NCBI GenBank assembly: GCA_963666285.1
Contig: OY762711.1
Reading direction: 5' to 3' (one strand)
Source: Sedimentisphaerales bacterium
GTDB taxonomy: Bacteria; Planctomycetota; Phycisphaerae; Sedimentisphaerales; SM23-30
Length of the DNA: 64,000 nucleotides
Under the pieces are notes generated by a model, which searched no databases, was not told the origin of the DNA, and saw nothing but the letters and a program-made list of their open reading frames with translations. Below, piece by piece: positions 55,620 through 64,000 of this stretch (position 1 is its first letter; each line of letters begins with the position of its first letter). The position numbers were made by a program, and so were the translations under genes.

Positions 55620-58600
55620 CTAATTCTCCAAAACTTCTGAAAATAATGGGGCAACATCCACAGGCTGACCAGAATTATACTGTTCAATTTTCCTTTGATA
55701 TCGGCCCTGAATATTAATTAACGACTTCTCCATTACAATACGTCGATTTATTTCCTTTAAACCTCTCTGCCAGTATCTAAATGCTTTCTGCGGATTGCCA
55801 AGCCTGTACAAAGTATCTCCAAGATGGTCCATAAGTTCAGGATCAACAATAATATCGGCGGCAGCGGCATGATAAATATAATCCAGTGCAATCTGAAATT
55901 CACCTTGTTTATAATAAAGCCAGCCCACACTGTCAAGAATGGCGACATTTTCCGGAGCCATATAAATTGCCTCTCGAATAAGCCTACCGGCACGTTCCGG
56001 TTCCCTATTATTAGTTATCATTGTATAAGCCAGATTATTTTTGCTCATCGCGTTATCGCTTTCCAGCTCATATAGTTTTGCCAGCTGCTCAATAGCTTCA
56101 TCGACAAGCCCTGCTTTTTCCAGGGCGAAACTATACAAGCTTCTATAGTAAGCTTCATCCGGAAAGTCTTTAATCAAATCCTGATACATACTTATTGCTT
56201 TGTCAAAATCTCCCGAGAGGTAAAAAATCCGGGCCTGTGCGGCCAGTATAGCGGGCGAGTCAGGATCTGTCGTCATATTAATTATTCTTTCCGAAGCAAT
56301 CTCCGGATTGCCACGGGTAAGATCAAGAATAATTCGATAGTCAAACCATTTAAAAGGGTCAACATTCCTTTTTGCCAGGCCATCCATGATGCCAGAGGCT
56401 TCGTTTAGCGAACGTTCATCGCCCTGATGAATTAGACAGAAAACCAGGTTAACCAGGAGGTCAACATCATCACTCTGGCTACGAAGGCGTTTTCTGGTCA
56501 GATCAATTGCCTGTTGAAATTCATCCGCTCGTTTATAAGTATTAAACAATGCATACTGCCTGTTGGTAGCGTCAGGATTTTCCAGCTGCCAATTTTCGAC
56601 ATATTCAATTGCCAGCTGAGGCTGACCAGCTTCGATCAGAGTATAAGCATATTCAAGAATAATAAATATATTATCAGGAAGAACTTCCATCATTTGTTCA
56701 AGAAATGAAGCACTATCATCATACATCCCCCTGATATTAAGCGACCTGACCAGCATTTGTATCGCATAGATTTTACTTTCAGGGAACTCAGAGTAAAGTT
56801 TTTTCAGCTGCTCAACCGCGATATCAAATCTGCTGTCATATATAAGAAGAAGAGCAAGTTTATATTTTAAGGATTTTGCCAAATCTTCTTTAGATACATC
56901 GCGGCAAATATCAAGCCATTTAGTAATTACATCAATGCCCTCACCATAATTACGCAGAATAAGATAGGTATTATAAGCTTCTCCGGAAATATTTTCTATA
57001 AAGGTAACATCATCAGGAAATAATTCAATACCATTATTAAGCATATTAAGAGATTCAGATGGCATTCCGGCTAACCTCAGAGCCTTCATAGCTGCAAAAA
57101 GAGTATCAGGAGTCTTTTGATGTTTCTCCCAGATAATTTTTCTTGTCGCGGCAGCTAATTCATATTTATCGGCAAAATCAAATATCTCTGCTGACTTTTT
57201 CAGTAATTCATAATCATCACTAAACATATTTATCAGCCGCGAAGCATGAGAGACTGCACTGTCAATTTTTTTTGTTCGGAAATACGAATCACACAATACG
57301 ACTCTTGCCGGTTTACATTTTTTATGCCGGTCAAGTAACTCTTCAAGACTTTCCTGGAGAATAGTCTCTGCTTTATCCTGACCGGATGAAGAACCGGCAT
57401 ATCTATCGGAGTAATTGTCGGCTAGCACAAAAACACGTTGATAGCTATTTTTGATAATATCAGAAGCGTCATTCCCCGGCATAGACCAGATAGAATACAG
57501 CTTAATAAGTTCTACCTGGATACGATCCTGCTCCGGATGCCTTCTTGCAGACCTGAGAAGTAATTTTTCAGCATTGCCGTACTGTCCCAATGAACGATAT
57601 AAATCGGCTAACCTAATTACTGCCTGTTGGTTATATTTATCTTTCAACAGGATTTTTTTGTAACAATCAATAGATTTGTCAAATTTCCCCAGCGACTGAT
57701 ATGCCCTGGCAACATACATAATTATATCCGGGCGATCATATCCTTTTGCCAGAACAAGAAGATTTTGATATTTACCTACACGGGCATAGTAGCGAATGAG
57801 ATATTTTCGAGCTACGATATTATCACGGTCCTTACCCAATGCAGCCTGGTATAAAGCTTCAGCTAGAGAATTCTTTTTGTTATTTTCAGCAATAAGAGCT
57901 TTGATGATAAGAGCTCCAAAAGATTTGTCATCAAATAACTTTATTTTATCAGATAAAGTATCCCTGGCAGCCTGGTCATATAGAAGAATGTTCTCAAACT
58001 CACTTATTACTTCTTCCGGATTTCGAACTCCTGCATCAAGACAATTAATATACTCCTGCAGCATCTCGTTGAATGATTGATTGGCCCGGTCTATTCTAGC
58101 AAATTCCAACCAGACCGCAGCCGTTTCAAAACCGGGCCTGGAATTATTCAAAACCAGCCTAGCTTCAGTATGCCGCCTGGCATATTCGAGCGCTCGAGCG
58201 TAACTATGCCGGGATATCAACTGTGGCAATTCCGGATTTATAACATTAGAACCATACCAGGCCTGGACAACCTTGATATATTCATTATGAAGGGACATTT
58301 TTAGACAATTGTTATAAAACAACCTGAGAACAAAATCAGCATCTTCTCCATCAGCCAACAAATATAAATATAACTGCATAAGCAATTTGAACCTTACTTT
58401 TTGAGATTCAGGAAGGTCGATAACCATTGGAGATATATAAGCCAACAGCTGTTGAAAATTTGGCCCTATCTGTACCTGGCGAAGCGTCTGGATGCAGTCA
58501 TCTATCTTGCCGCATTGCAAAAACATCCGGGCAGCCAAAAGAAGTTGAAATTCAGAGCTTTCCATAATTTTTTGAATTGACTGGTCGTAGTGCTGAAACT

Positions 58601-59330
58601 GCCTGTGATACTTCATAAGCTGCCAGGCACGAAGATATGTTTCTGCTGCTGCATAGGTATAGCCCAGCTCGGCAAACGAGGTTGCCATATGAAGCGTTGC
58701 TATTGCCGTTGAAACATTTTCTGTCCCAGACCTGTTGCTTTGTAAGGCAAGGTTTAAAAATTGCAACGCTTCTTCATATCTTCCCGTCTCATTATACACA
58801 GCGGCTATCGTAATTGCAGTATCCATATCATTAGGATCAATTGAAATAACTTTTTTTGCCTCACGTATCGCTGCAAATTGCTTATTCATCTTTAAATAAT
58901 GATCAACCGCCTTTTTTTGCATTGCTGTAACGTAAGGAAAACGGTCAACATAGGCAAAGAAATCGTCAGATATCTTCTGATACTCCCGTCTTGGCATCCC
59001 TTCTTTGAGAAGAGACTCAGATCTGCGAAATCTAAGATATGATTTGATCATATTCGGATCATTTTCATTAGTGCCAGGTTCAACATCAACCTTCGCGATA
59101 TCTGGCAGGCCCATTTGGACAAGGACTGTTTTTGCCGGCGATAATATCCGGTTAACCCTCTCGGGAGAAATATTGCCATAAATATCTGTCACAGCAACAT
59201 TTTTGACGACTTCCGGCAATATGTTTTTACCTGGAACTCGCTTTTCGTGGCTGTGATCGATGCATCCATTAACAAAAAACAATGCAATAACAATATATAA
59301 TATTTGCAATTTATTTTCTTTTTTATTCAT
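55620..59330 (-). CDS. Large TPR-repeat lipoprotein
   Basis: Lipobox-like VNGC, many helical repeats, C-terminal NNLAY...LDSVGWLYYKQG...DHLGD. Confidence 0.85.
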   Translation of the reverse strand: MNKKENKLQILYIVIALFFVNGCIDHSHEKRVPGKNILPEVVKNVAVTDIYGNISPERVNRILSPAKTVLVQMGLPDIAKVDVEPGTNENDPNMIKSYLRFRRSESLLKEGMPRREYQKISDDFFAYVDRFPYVTAMQKKAVDHYLKMNKQFAAIREAKKVISIDPNDMDTAITIAAVYNETGRYEEALQFLNLALQSNRSGTENVSTAIATLHMATSFAELGYTYAAAETYLRAWQLMKYHRQFQHYDQSIQKIMESSEFQLLLAARMFLQCGKIDDCIQTLRQVQIGPNFQQLLAYISPMVIDLPESQKVRFKLLMQLYLYLLADGEDADFVLRLFYNNCLKMSLHNEYIKVVQAWYGSNVINPELPQLISRHSYARALEYARRHTEARLVLNNSRPGFETAAVWLEFARIDRANQSFNEMLQEYINCLDAGVRNPEEVISEFENILLYDQAARDTLSDKIKLFDDKSFGALIIKALIAENNKKNSLAEALYQAALGKDRDNIVARKYLIRYYARVGKYQNLLVLAKGYDRPDIIMYVARAYQSLGKFDKSIDCYKKILLKDKYNQQAVIRLADLYRSLGQYGNAEKLLLRSARRHPEQDRIQVELIKLYSIWSMPGNDASDIIKNSYQRVFVLADNYSDRYAGSSSGQDKAETILQESLEELLDRHKKCKPARVVLCDSYFRTKKIDSAVSHASRLINMFSDDYELLKKSAEIFDFADKYELAAATRKIIWEKHQKTPDTLFAAMKALRLAGMPSESLNMLNNGIELFPDDVTFIENISGEAYNTYLILRNYGEGIDVITKWLDICRDVSKEDLAKSLKYKLALLLIYDSRFDIAVEQLKKLYSEFPESKIYAIQMLVRSLNIRGMYDDSASFLEQMMEVLPDNIFIILEYAYTLIEAGQPQLAIEYVENWQLENPDATNRQYALFNTYKRADEFQQAIDLTRKRLRSQSDDVDLLVNLVFCLIHQGDERSLNEASGIMDGLAKRNVDPFKWFDYRIILDLTRGNPEIASERIINMTTDPDSPAILAAQARIFYLSGDFDKAISMYQDLIKDFPDEAYYRSLYSFALEKAGLVDEAIEQLAKLYELESDNAMSKNNLAYTMITNNREPERAGRLIREAIYMAPENVAILDSVGWLYYKQGEFQIALDYIYHAAAADIIVDPELMDHLGDTLYRLGNPQKAFRYWQRGLKEINRRIVMEKSLINIQGRYQRKIEQYNSGQPVDVAPLFSEVLEN

Positions 59331-59485
59331 TATGTTTAACAGTGTAATTGATTGTTAGTTTTAAATAAAATATAATCAATTGATCAGTAATATAATAATG
59401 CATATAGTAATAATAGTTAACATTAATATATAATCCAGATTGTTTGGATAAAAACTAAATAAGTATTGTTGAGGGAATAAGAATT

Positions 59486-60484
59486 ATGAAGAAAAAGCGA
59501 ACAATTAAGCGGATTATACTCCTGCTTTTTATAATTGTCGTTATCGGTATATCTGTCACCATGTCATACCTGGGCAGCATAGGTCGAATAGCCGTTGAAA
59601 AAGTTGGAACTGCAGCTTTATCTGTGCCGGTAACATTGGAAAATCTTGATATTTCCGCTTTTCGCGGTAAAGTTTCGTTAGAAGGCTTGAATATTGCCAA
59701 CCCGGAAGGTTTCAAAACTGAAAGACTGTTCAAACTGAGCAGCTGCAGCACAGACGTTGCAATGAAAACACTGCTTGACGATACTATTGTCGTCAATGAT
59801 GTAACAATCTCCGGTCTTGAGGTAACCTTTGAACAGAAAGGTATGACCAGTAACTTACAGGCCCTTTTGGACCTCCTGGCAGAAAATAGTAAATCAACTA
59901 CCGAAGAACAGGAACCAGAGCCAGAAGAACAAACAGGTTCTGGTAAAAATCTGCGGATTGACCGATTTCATATCGAAGAAGCCAAAGTACACTTGAAATT
60001 GCTGCCTCTTCCCGGCCAGAAAAGTGACATTACGATAAAGATGGCTCCAATAACCCTGGAACACGTATCAAGCGATCAGGATAAAGGTGAGTTAGCGGGA
60101 ACAGTTATCCGCAAGGTCTTCGTTGCAATCTCCCAGGCAATAATAAAAACTATTGCCCACGATATACCTGCTGAGCTGCTCAAGGGGCTGGAAGGATCAC
60201 TAAAAGGTGCTGTCGAGATAATTGGCTCTGGTGCCGAAATACTAATTGAAGGTGTAGGTGCTATCGGAGATTTGGGCATTAAAGGAGTCGGTGCAGCCGT
60301 TGAGGGTGCAGGAAAAACCCTGGAAGGAGCTGGAAAAACTCTGGAAGGTGCCGGCAAAGGTGCCGAAGAAATAATTAATAACGCCGGAAAGGGAATCGGT
60401 GACATTGGCAAAGGGATCGGCAACCTGCTCGGCGGCAATAAAAACAAAGAGAAAAAGGAAGAAGAAAAAGCTAAGGAAGAATAG
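59486..60484 (+). CDS. AsmA/DUF748-like protein with Gly-rich C-terminal repeats
   Basis: N-terminal TM helix, GLNIANPEGF, SNLQAL; tandem EGAGKTL repeats. Confidence 0.75.
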   Translation: MKKKRTIKRIILLLFIIVVIGISVTMSYLGSIGRIAVEKVGTAALSVPVTLENLDISAFRGKVSLEGLNIANPEGFKTERLFKLSSCSTDVAMKTLLDDTIVVNDVTISGLEVTFEQKGMTSNLQALLDLLAENSKSTTEEQEPEPEEQTGSGKNLRIDRFHIEEAKVHLKLLPLPGQKSDITIKMAPITLEHVSSDQDKGELAGTVIRKVFVAISQAIIKTIAHDIPAELLKGLEGSLKGAVEIIGSGAEILIEGVGAIGDLGIKGVGAAVEGAGKTLEGAGKTLEGAGKGAEEIINNAGKGIGDIGKGIGNLLGGNKNKEKKEEEKAKEE

Positions 60485-60507
60485 TGATTTATACTTTGAC
60501 CAAACTC

Positions 60508-60541
60508 AAAAGGCGACACTAAAACCGGTGCCGCCTTTTTT
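60508..60541 (+). terminator. Probable intrinsic terminator
   Basis: aaaaggcgacac...gtgccgcctttttt. Confidence 0.65.
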
Positions 60542-60652
60542 ATACACATTGTATATGATTTTGCCCGATCGCTCGGAAGGTAAGAAATGACAATTTAGCC
60601 ATTTATACTACGCTCGAACGGGCATTTTCAACAGTTACAGGTATTATTTATA

Positions 60653-60760
60653 TCAGTTCACCAGTTCTCTTTCAATTTGTTCAAAACTCTTGCCTTCTGT
60701 TTCCGACAATTCTCGTTTAATCTGCCTATAAACCAGGGATAAATAGAATTCCAAATATAC
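60653..60760 (-). pseudogene. 3' remnant of an MFS sugar-porter gene
   Basis: Minus strand reads ...KRELSETEGKSFEQIERELVN*, a degenerate PETKGKSLEQIE signature. Confidence 0.5.
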
Positions 60761-60764
60761 AACA

Positions 60765-61415
60765 CTAAGAAGCAGCAGCCTCTATCTGCTGAGATTTGTC
60801 CTGAGCTGATTTCTCATTTGTGCCCGGCTCGATCTTCTGACCAAAAGTTACTATCTGCCTTACTATCGGCCTGTATATAATGTAACAAAAGACAAAAGAA
60901 ATAACTATTGGTAAGAGCAGCATTAGCCAGACATGCGATGTAGATTTTGTTATATGCTCTGGAAATATATCTTCCACCCTACTATTAAGTTCAATCCACA
61001 TAATTACAGCCAACAACTTTACATATCTATCAATATTGAAAAAACTAGCATCCGTTTTCTTAAATAGGAATTTTGCCATTATTCGACATAAAACAGAGTA
61101 CACTATTGGAAGCAACATCAACATCGTTGTCAAACTCACAAATATGCTTAACCCAACTTTGTCACATCTTTCAGCTAAGCCGGAAAAATAGCCGGACAAC
61201 TTCGAAAAAAGCTCAGAATCAGAAGGCAAATACTCTGAAATATAAGCTAATACTAAAAATACAAACAGACAAGACAAGCCAAATGAAATACTGGATATCG
61301 AAAAAAACTCCCTTTTATTCTGGATTCTCACTAAAGCAAAAAGTATCCAAATAAAAAGCAAAACAACTATTGCAAATATCAAATAAATAGCACTGTCAAA
61401 CATAGTAGACCTCAC
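60765..61415 (-). CDS. Hypothetical multi-pass membrane protein
   Basis: 216 aa with 4-5 hydrophobic segments; AT-rich. Confidence 0.6.
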   Translation of the reverse strand: MRSTMFDSAIYLIFAIVVLLFIWILFALVRIQNKREFFSISSISFGLSCLFVFLVLAYISEYLPSDSELFSKLSGYFSGLAERCDKVGLSIFVSLTTMLMLLPIVYSVLCRIMAKFLFKKTDASFFNIDRYVKLLAVIMWIELNSRVEDIFPEHITKSTSHVWLMLLLPIVISFVFCYIIYRPIVRQIVTFGQKIEPGTNEKSAQDKSQQIEAAAS

Positions 61416-61665
61416 AATTTTATTAAACCATCATCACCCAGCCTGTAAATAAACTATCATATTCGTTAGATTAATTCAATAAAAAAAGGTGCTAGCAACT
61501 AGCACCTTGAATGGTCACAACAGGTAGAAAAGAATAAGACACCAAAATAGCATAAACAACTTTTTTTCGTTTGGCCGCTTCGCAGCCCCCTATTCATGTC
61601 ATCAAAAGAGTCTCGCAATCATATTGACTTATCATTTCTAACCTGTCGAAAATGAAAAAATTGTA

Positions 61666-64000
61666 TTATATTCCTTTTCTGTTTTTATCAATTATTTTAG
61701 CCGAAGAAAAATCAGCTACCGGCTTATAACCCTTTAGCGGGATAATATGCTCGTTAATAATATCAAGGAAGTCAGACGGATACGGGAAGAACGCATCTTC
61801 GATTTCATCCGGCGGTGTAATCCAGTTCTTGGCACCAAGCACAACCGGCGGAGCATCCAGCTCATCAAAAGCGAGCGTACTGATATTAGATGCCATAGTA
61901 TGCAGAAAACTGCCGCGTTCACAGGCATCAGAAGCCAGCAGAATCTTGCGGGTCTTCTTAACAGACTCGATAACCTTTTCGTAGTTAAACGGAACAAGAG
62001 TTCTCGCGTCGATAATTTCACAGCTCAGGCCATATTTTTCTTCCAACTCTTTAGCTGCTTCGATCGCACGGTAAAGGGTAGCACCAACAGTAAGAATAGT
62101 AAGGTCGTTACCTTCTTTACGAACAGCCGGTTCGCCAAATTCGATACTATACGATTCAGACGGTATGCCGCCCGGCTGGAATTCCTCTGCAATGCCATAT
62201 AGACGCTGGCTTTCAAAGAAGATAACGGGGTCTGTCCCGGTTAGAGCATTATACAGCAGTCCTTTTGCATCGTATGGAGTCGCCGGAAATGCTATCTTTA
62301 GACCAGGTATGTGAGCACAAAGAGCGGTCCAGTCCTGACTGTGCTGAGCTCCGTATTTGCTGCCCACCGATACACGCATTGTAACAGGCATCTTAAGCAA
62401 ACCACCACTCATAGACTGCCATTTACATAACTGGTTAAATACTTCGTCACCGGCACGGCCAAGGAAGTCGCAATACATTAGCTCGATAAGAGCACGACCA
62501 CCCTCCAGGGCATAACCAACCGCGGTACCGGCAATGGCTGCCTCTGCAATCGGAGAATTAAACAGGCGATGGTACGGCAGAGCCTCGGTCAGGCCGCGAT
62601 ACACGGCAAAGGCACCGCCCCAGTCACGATTTTCTTCGCCGTAAGCAACCAGAGTCGGGTCGGTATAGAACCGATCAATAATAGCTTCAAACAATGCATC
62701 TTTGTAACCTACACAGCGAGTATCTTTCAGACGCTCGCCATTTTCACCATAAGCAGAACGGCTCTTAGACTCCAGGCTCTTGGTTCGTGGGTTTTCCGCA
62801 ATTGTTTCAATGAGAACATCCGGCTTACGGGTAGTATCCAGCGACTCGATTGTTTCATTAGAAAACATAGTCTGCTCAAGAAGGCAATTTTCTTTTTTCA
62901 GGTCGGCACGAGGTGACACTTCCAGGTCGGCAGCAAGGCCAAGAGCCCTGGTAATCAGTCCGTCGGCATATTCAGCTATCTCTGTCAGCTTCGCTTCGTT
63001 GCAAACCTTGGCCTTAACAAGTTCCTTACCAAAGTTTACGGTCGAATCATGTTCCATCCAGGCTTCGATTTCTTCCTTTTGGCGATAGCTGCTCTGGTCA
63101 GAAGGAGAATGGCCGCTATAACGGTAAGTTACGGTATCCAGCAGAACCGGGCCGGCCCCTTTTTCCAGGATCTGACGTTTACGGTCGATAGCATCGGCAA
63201 CGGCAAGCGGGTTATAACCATCAATACGCTCGGCATGCATCTGCTCAGGATTGAGACCTGCACCAATACGGGCAAGCGAGCCAAAGCCCATTGTCTCACC
63301 TTCAGGCTGGCCGCCCATGCCGTAGAAGTTATTATTGAAGTTCATGATCAGCGGCAGCCCGCCCTTGTGGGCATCATCCCAAAGCTGCTTGAACTGGTCC
63401 ATAGTAGCAAAACATAAGCCTTCCCAAACCGGACCGCAGGCACTGGAGGCGTCACCGATATTACAGATAATAATACCGGTTTTCTGGTTAACTTTTTTGA
63501 ACAGTGCCGCGCCAACTGAAACATCGCCAGAACCGCCAACAATTGCGTTATTCGGATAGACACCAAACGGCGGGAAGAAAGCATGCATCGAGCCGCCCAT
63601 ACCTTTATTCAGACCGGGTTCGCGACCAAATACCTCGGCAAGAGTTCCGTAGATAAGAAAATCAATTGCCAGGTCTTTGACCGAACCGCCATTAGAGTTC
63701 TTTTCAACTATCTTGAGACACCAGCCACCAAAATAGTTCTCCATAATCTCCATAAGTTCTTTTTCATTAAGCTTTTCGATAGCAGAAAGACCTTTGGCAA
63801 GAATTTCGCCATGGCTGCGGTGGCTGCCATAAATATGGTCGTCAATATTCAGATGGTAGGCCTGACCGACAGCGGCAGCTTCCTGGCCAATTGACAAATG
63901 GGCCGGCCCTTTATGCATATATTCTACGCCGTTATATACACCACGCAACTTGATCTCATTCAGCATGTTTTCAAAGGTACGAATTATAACCATATCACGC
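61666..64000 (-). CDS. Fused alpha/beta E1 component of a 2-oxoacid dehydrogenase (5' end outside the window)
   Basis: [18 protein letters not shown]...NN (TPP-binding), RYSGHS; beta part [31 protein letters not shown]. Frame is open to the window edge. Confidence 0.93.
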   Translation of the reverse strand, partial: RDMVIIRTFENMLNEIKLRGVYNGVEYMHKGPAHLSIGQEAAAVGQAYHLNIDDHIYGSHRSHGEILAKGLSAIEKLNEKELMEIMENYFGGWCLKIVEKNSNGGSVKDLAIDFLIYGTLAEVFGREPGLNKGMGGSMHAFFPPFGVYPNNAIVGGSGDVSVGAALFKKVNQKTGIIICNIGDASSACGPVWEGLCFATMDQFKQLWDDAHKGGLPLIMNFNNNFYGMGGQPEGETMGFGSLARIGAGLNPEQMHAERIDGYNPLAVADAIDRKRQILEKGAGPVLLDTVTYRYSGHSPSDQSSYRQKEEIEAWMEHDSTVNFGKELVKAKVCNEAKLTEIAEYADGLITRALGLAADLEVSPRADLKKENCLLEQTMFSNETIESLDTTRKPDVLIETIAENPRTKSLESKSRSAYGENGERLKDTRCVGYKDALFEAIIDRFYTDPTLVAYGEENRDWGGAFAVYRGLTEALPYHRLFNSPIAEAAIAGTAVGYALEGGRALIELMYCDFLGRAGDEVFNQLCKWQSMSGGLLKMPVTMRVSVGSKYGAQHSQDWTALCAHIPGLKIAFPATPYDAKGLLYNALTGTDPVIFFESQRLYGIAEEFQPGGIPSESYSIEFGEPAVRKEGNDLTILTVGATLYRAIEAAKELEEKYGLSCEIIDARTLVPFNYEKVIESVKKTRKILLASDACERGSFLHTMASNISTLAFDELDAPPVVLGAKNWITPPDEIEDAFFPYPSDFLDIINEHIIPLKGYKPVADFSSAKIIDKNRKGI

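Noticed and set aside
4808..63894. Many short antisense or alternative-frame ORFs nested in long genes
   Set aside because: They are shadow ORFs of well-supported genes, with no recognisable motifs.

Overview
This is a chromosomal 64-kb window, most likely from an anaerobic, salt-adapted planctomycete (Phycisphaerae/Sedimentisphaerales-like). That assignment is inferred from the DUF1549/1553-DUF1501-PPC cluster, the dockerin-like tail on a GH2 enzyme, the GAF-HlyD protein and the osmolyte genes. Most of the window is housekeeping or metabolic: def, a TonB receptor, GH2, speD-speE plus a second SpeD-like gene, tyrS, iorAB, an ablAB locus, a GH57-glycogen synthase fusion, an ErcA/ErcS-like pair, HIT, SurA-like, TPR and a fused E1. 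The most interesting items are: (1) a complete IS1111-type IS110 element (2694-4240) with sub-terminal IRs, a predicted circle-junction promoter and a structured downstream non-coding end (candidate bridge/seek RNA), inserted into a 10-bp tandem repeat; (2) an N-epsilon-acetyl-beta-lysine operon that also carries a CosR/EctR-like MarR, an MscS and a Na+:solute symporter; (3) several unannotated structured RNA candidates (speD leader, a stand-alone sRNA at ~34120-34306, an anti-SD-loop hairpin at 21784-21853, and the leader of the GH57-GT5 gene); (4) modular intergenic repeat families with interchangeable hairpins. No rRNA, tRNA or CRISPR array was seen. All calls come from reading the sequence and recalled motifs; no searches were run.
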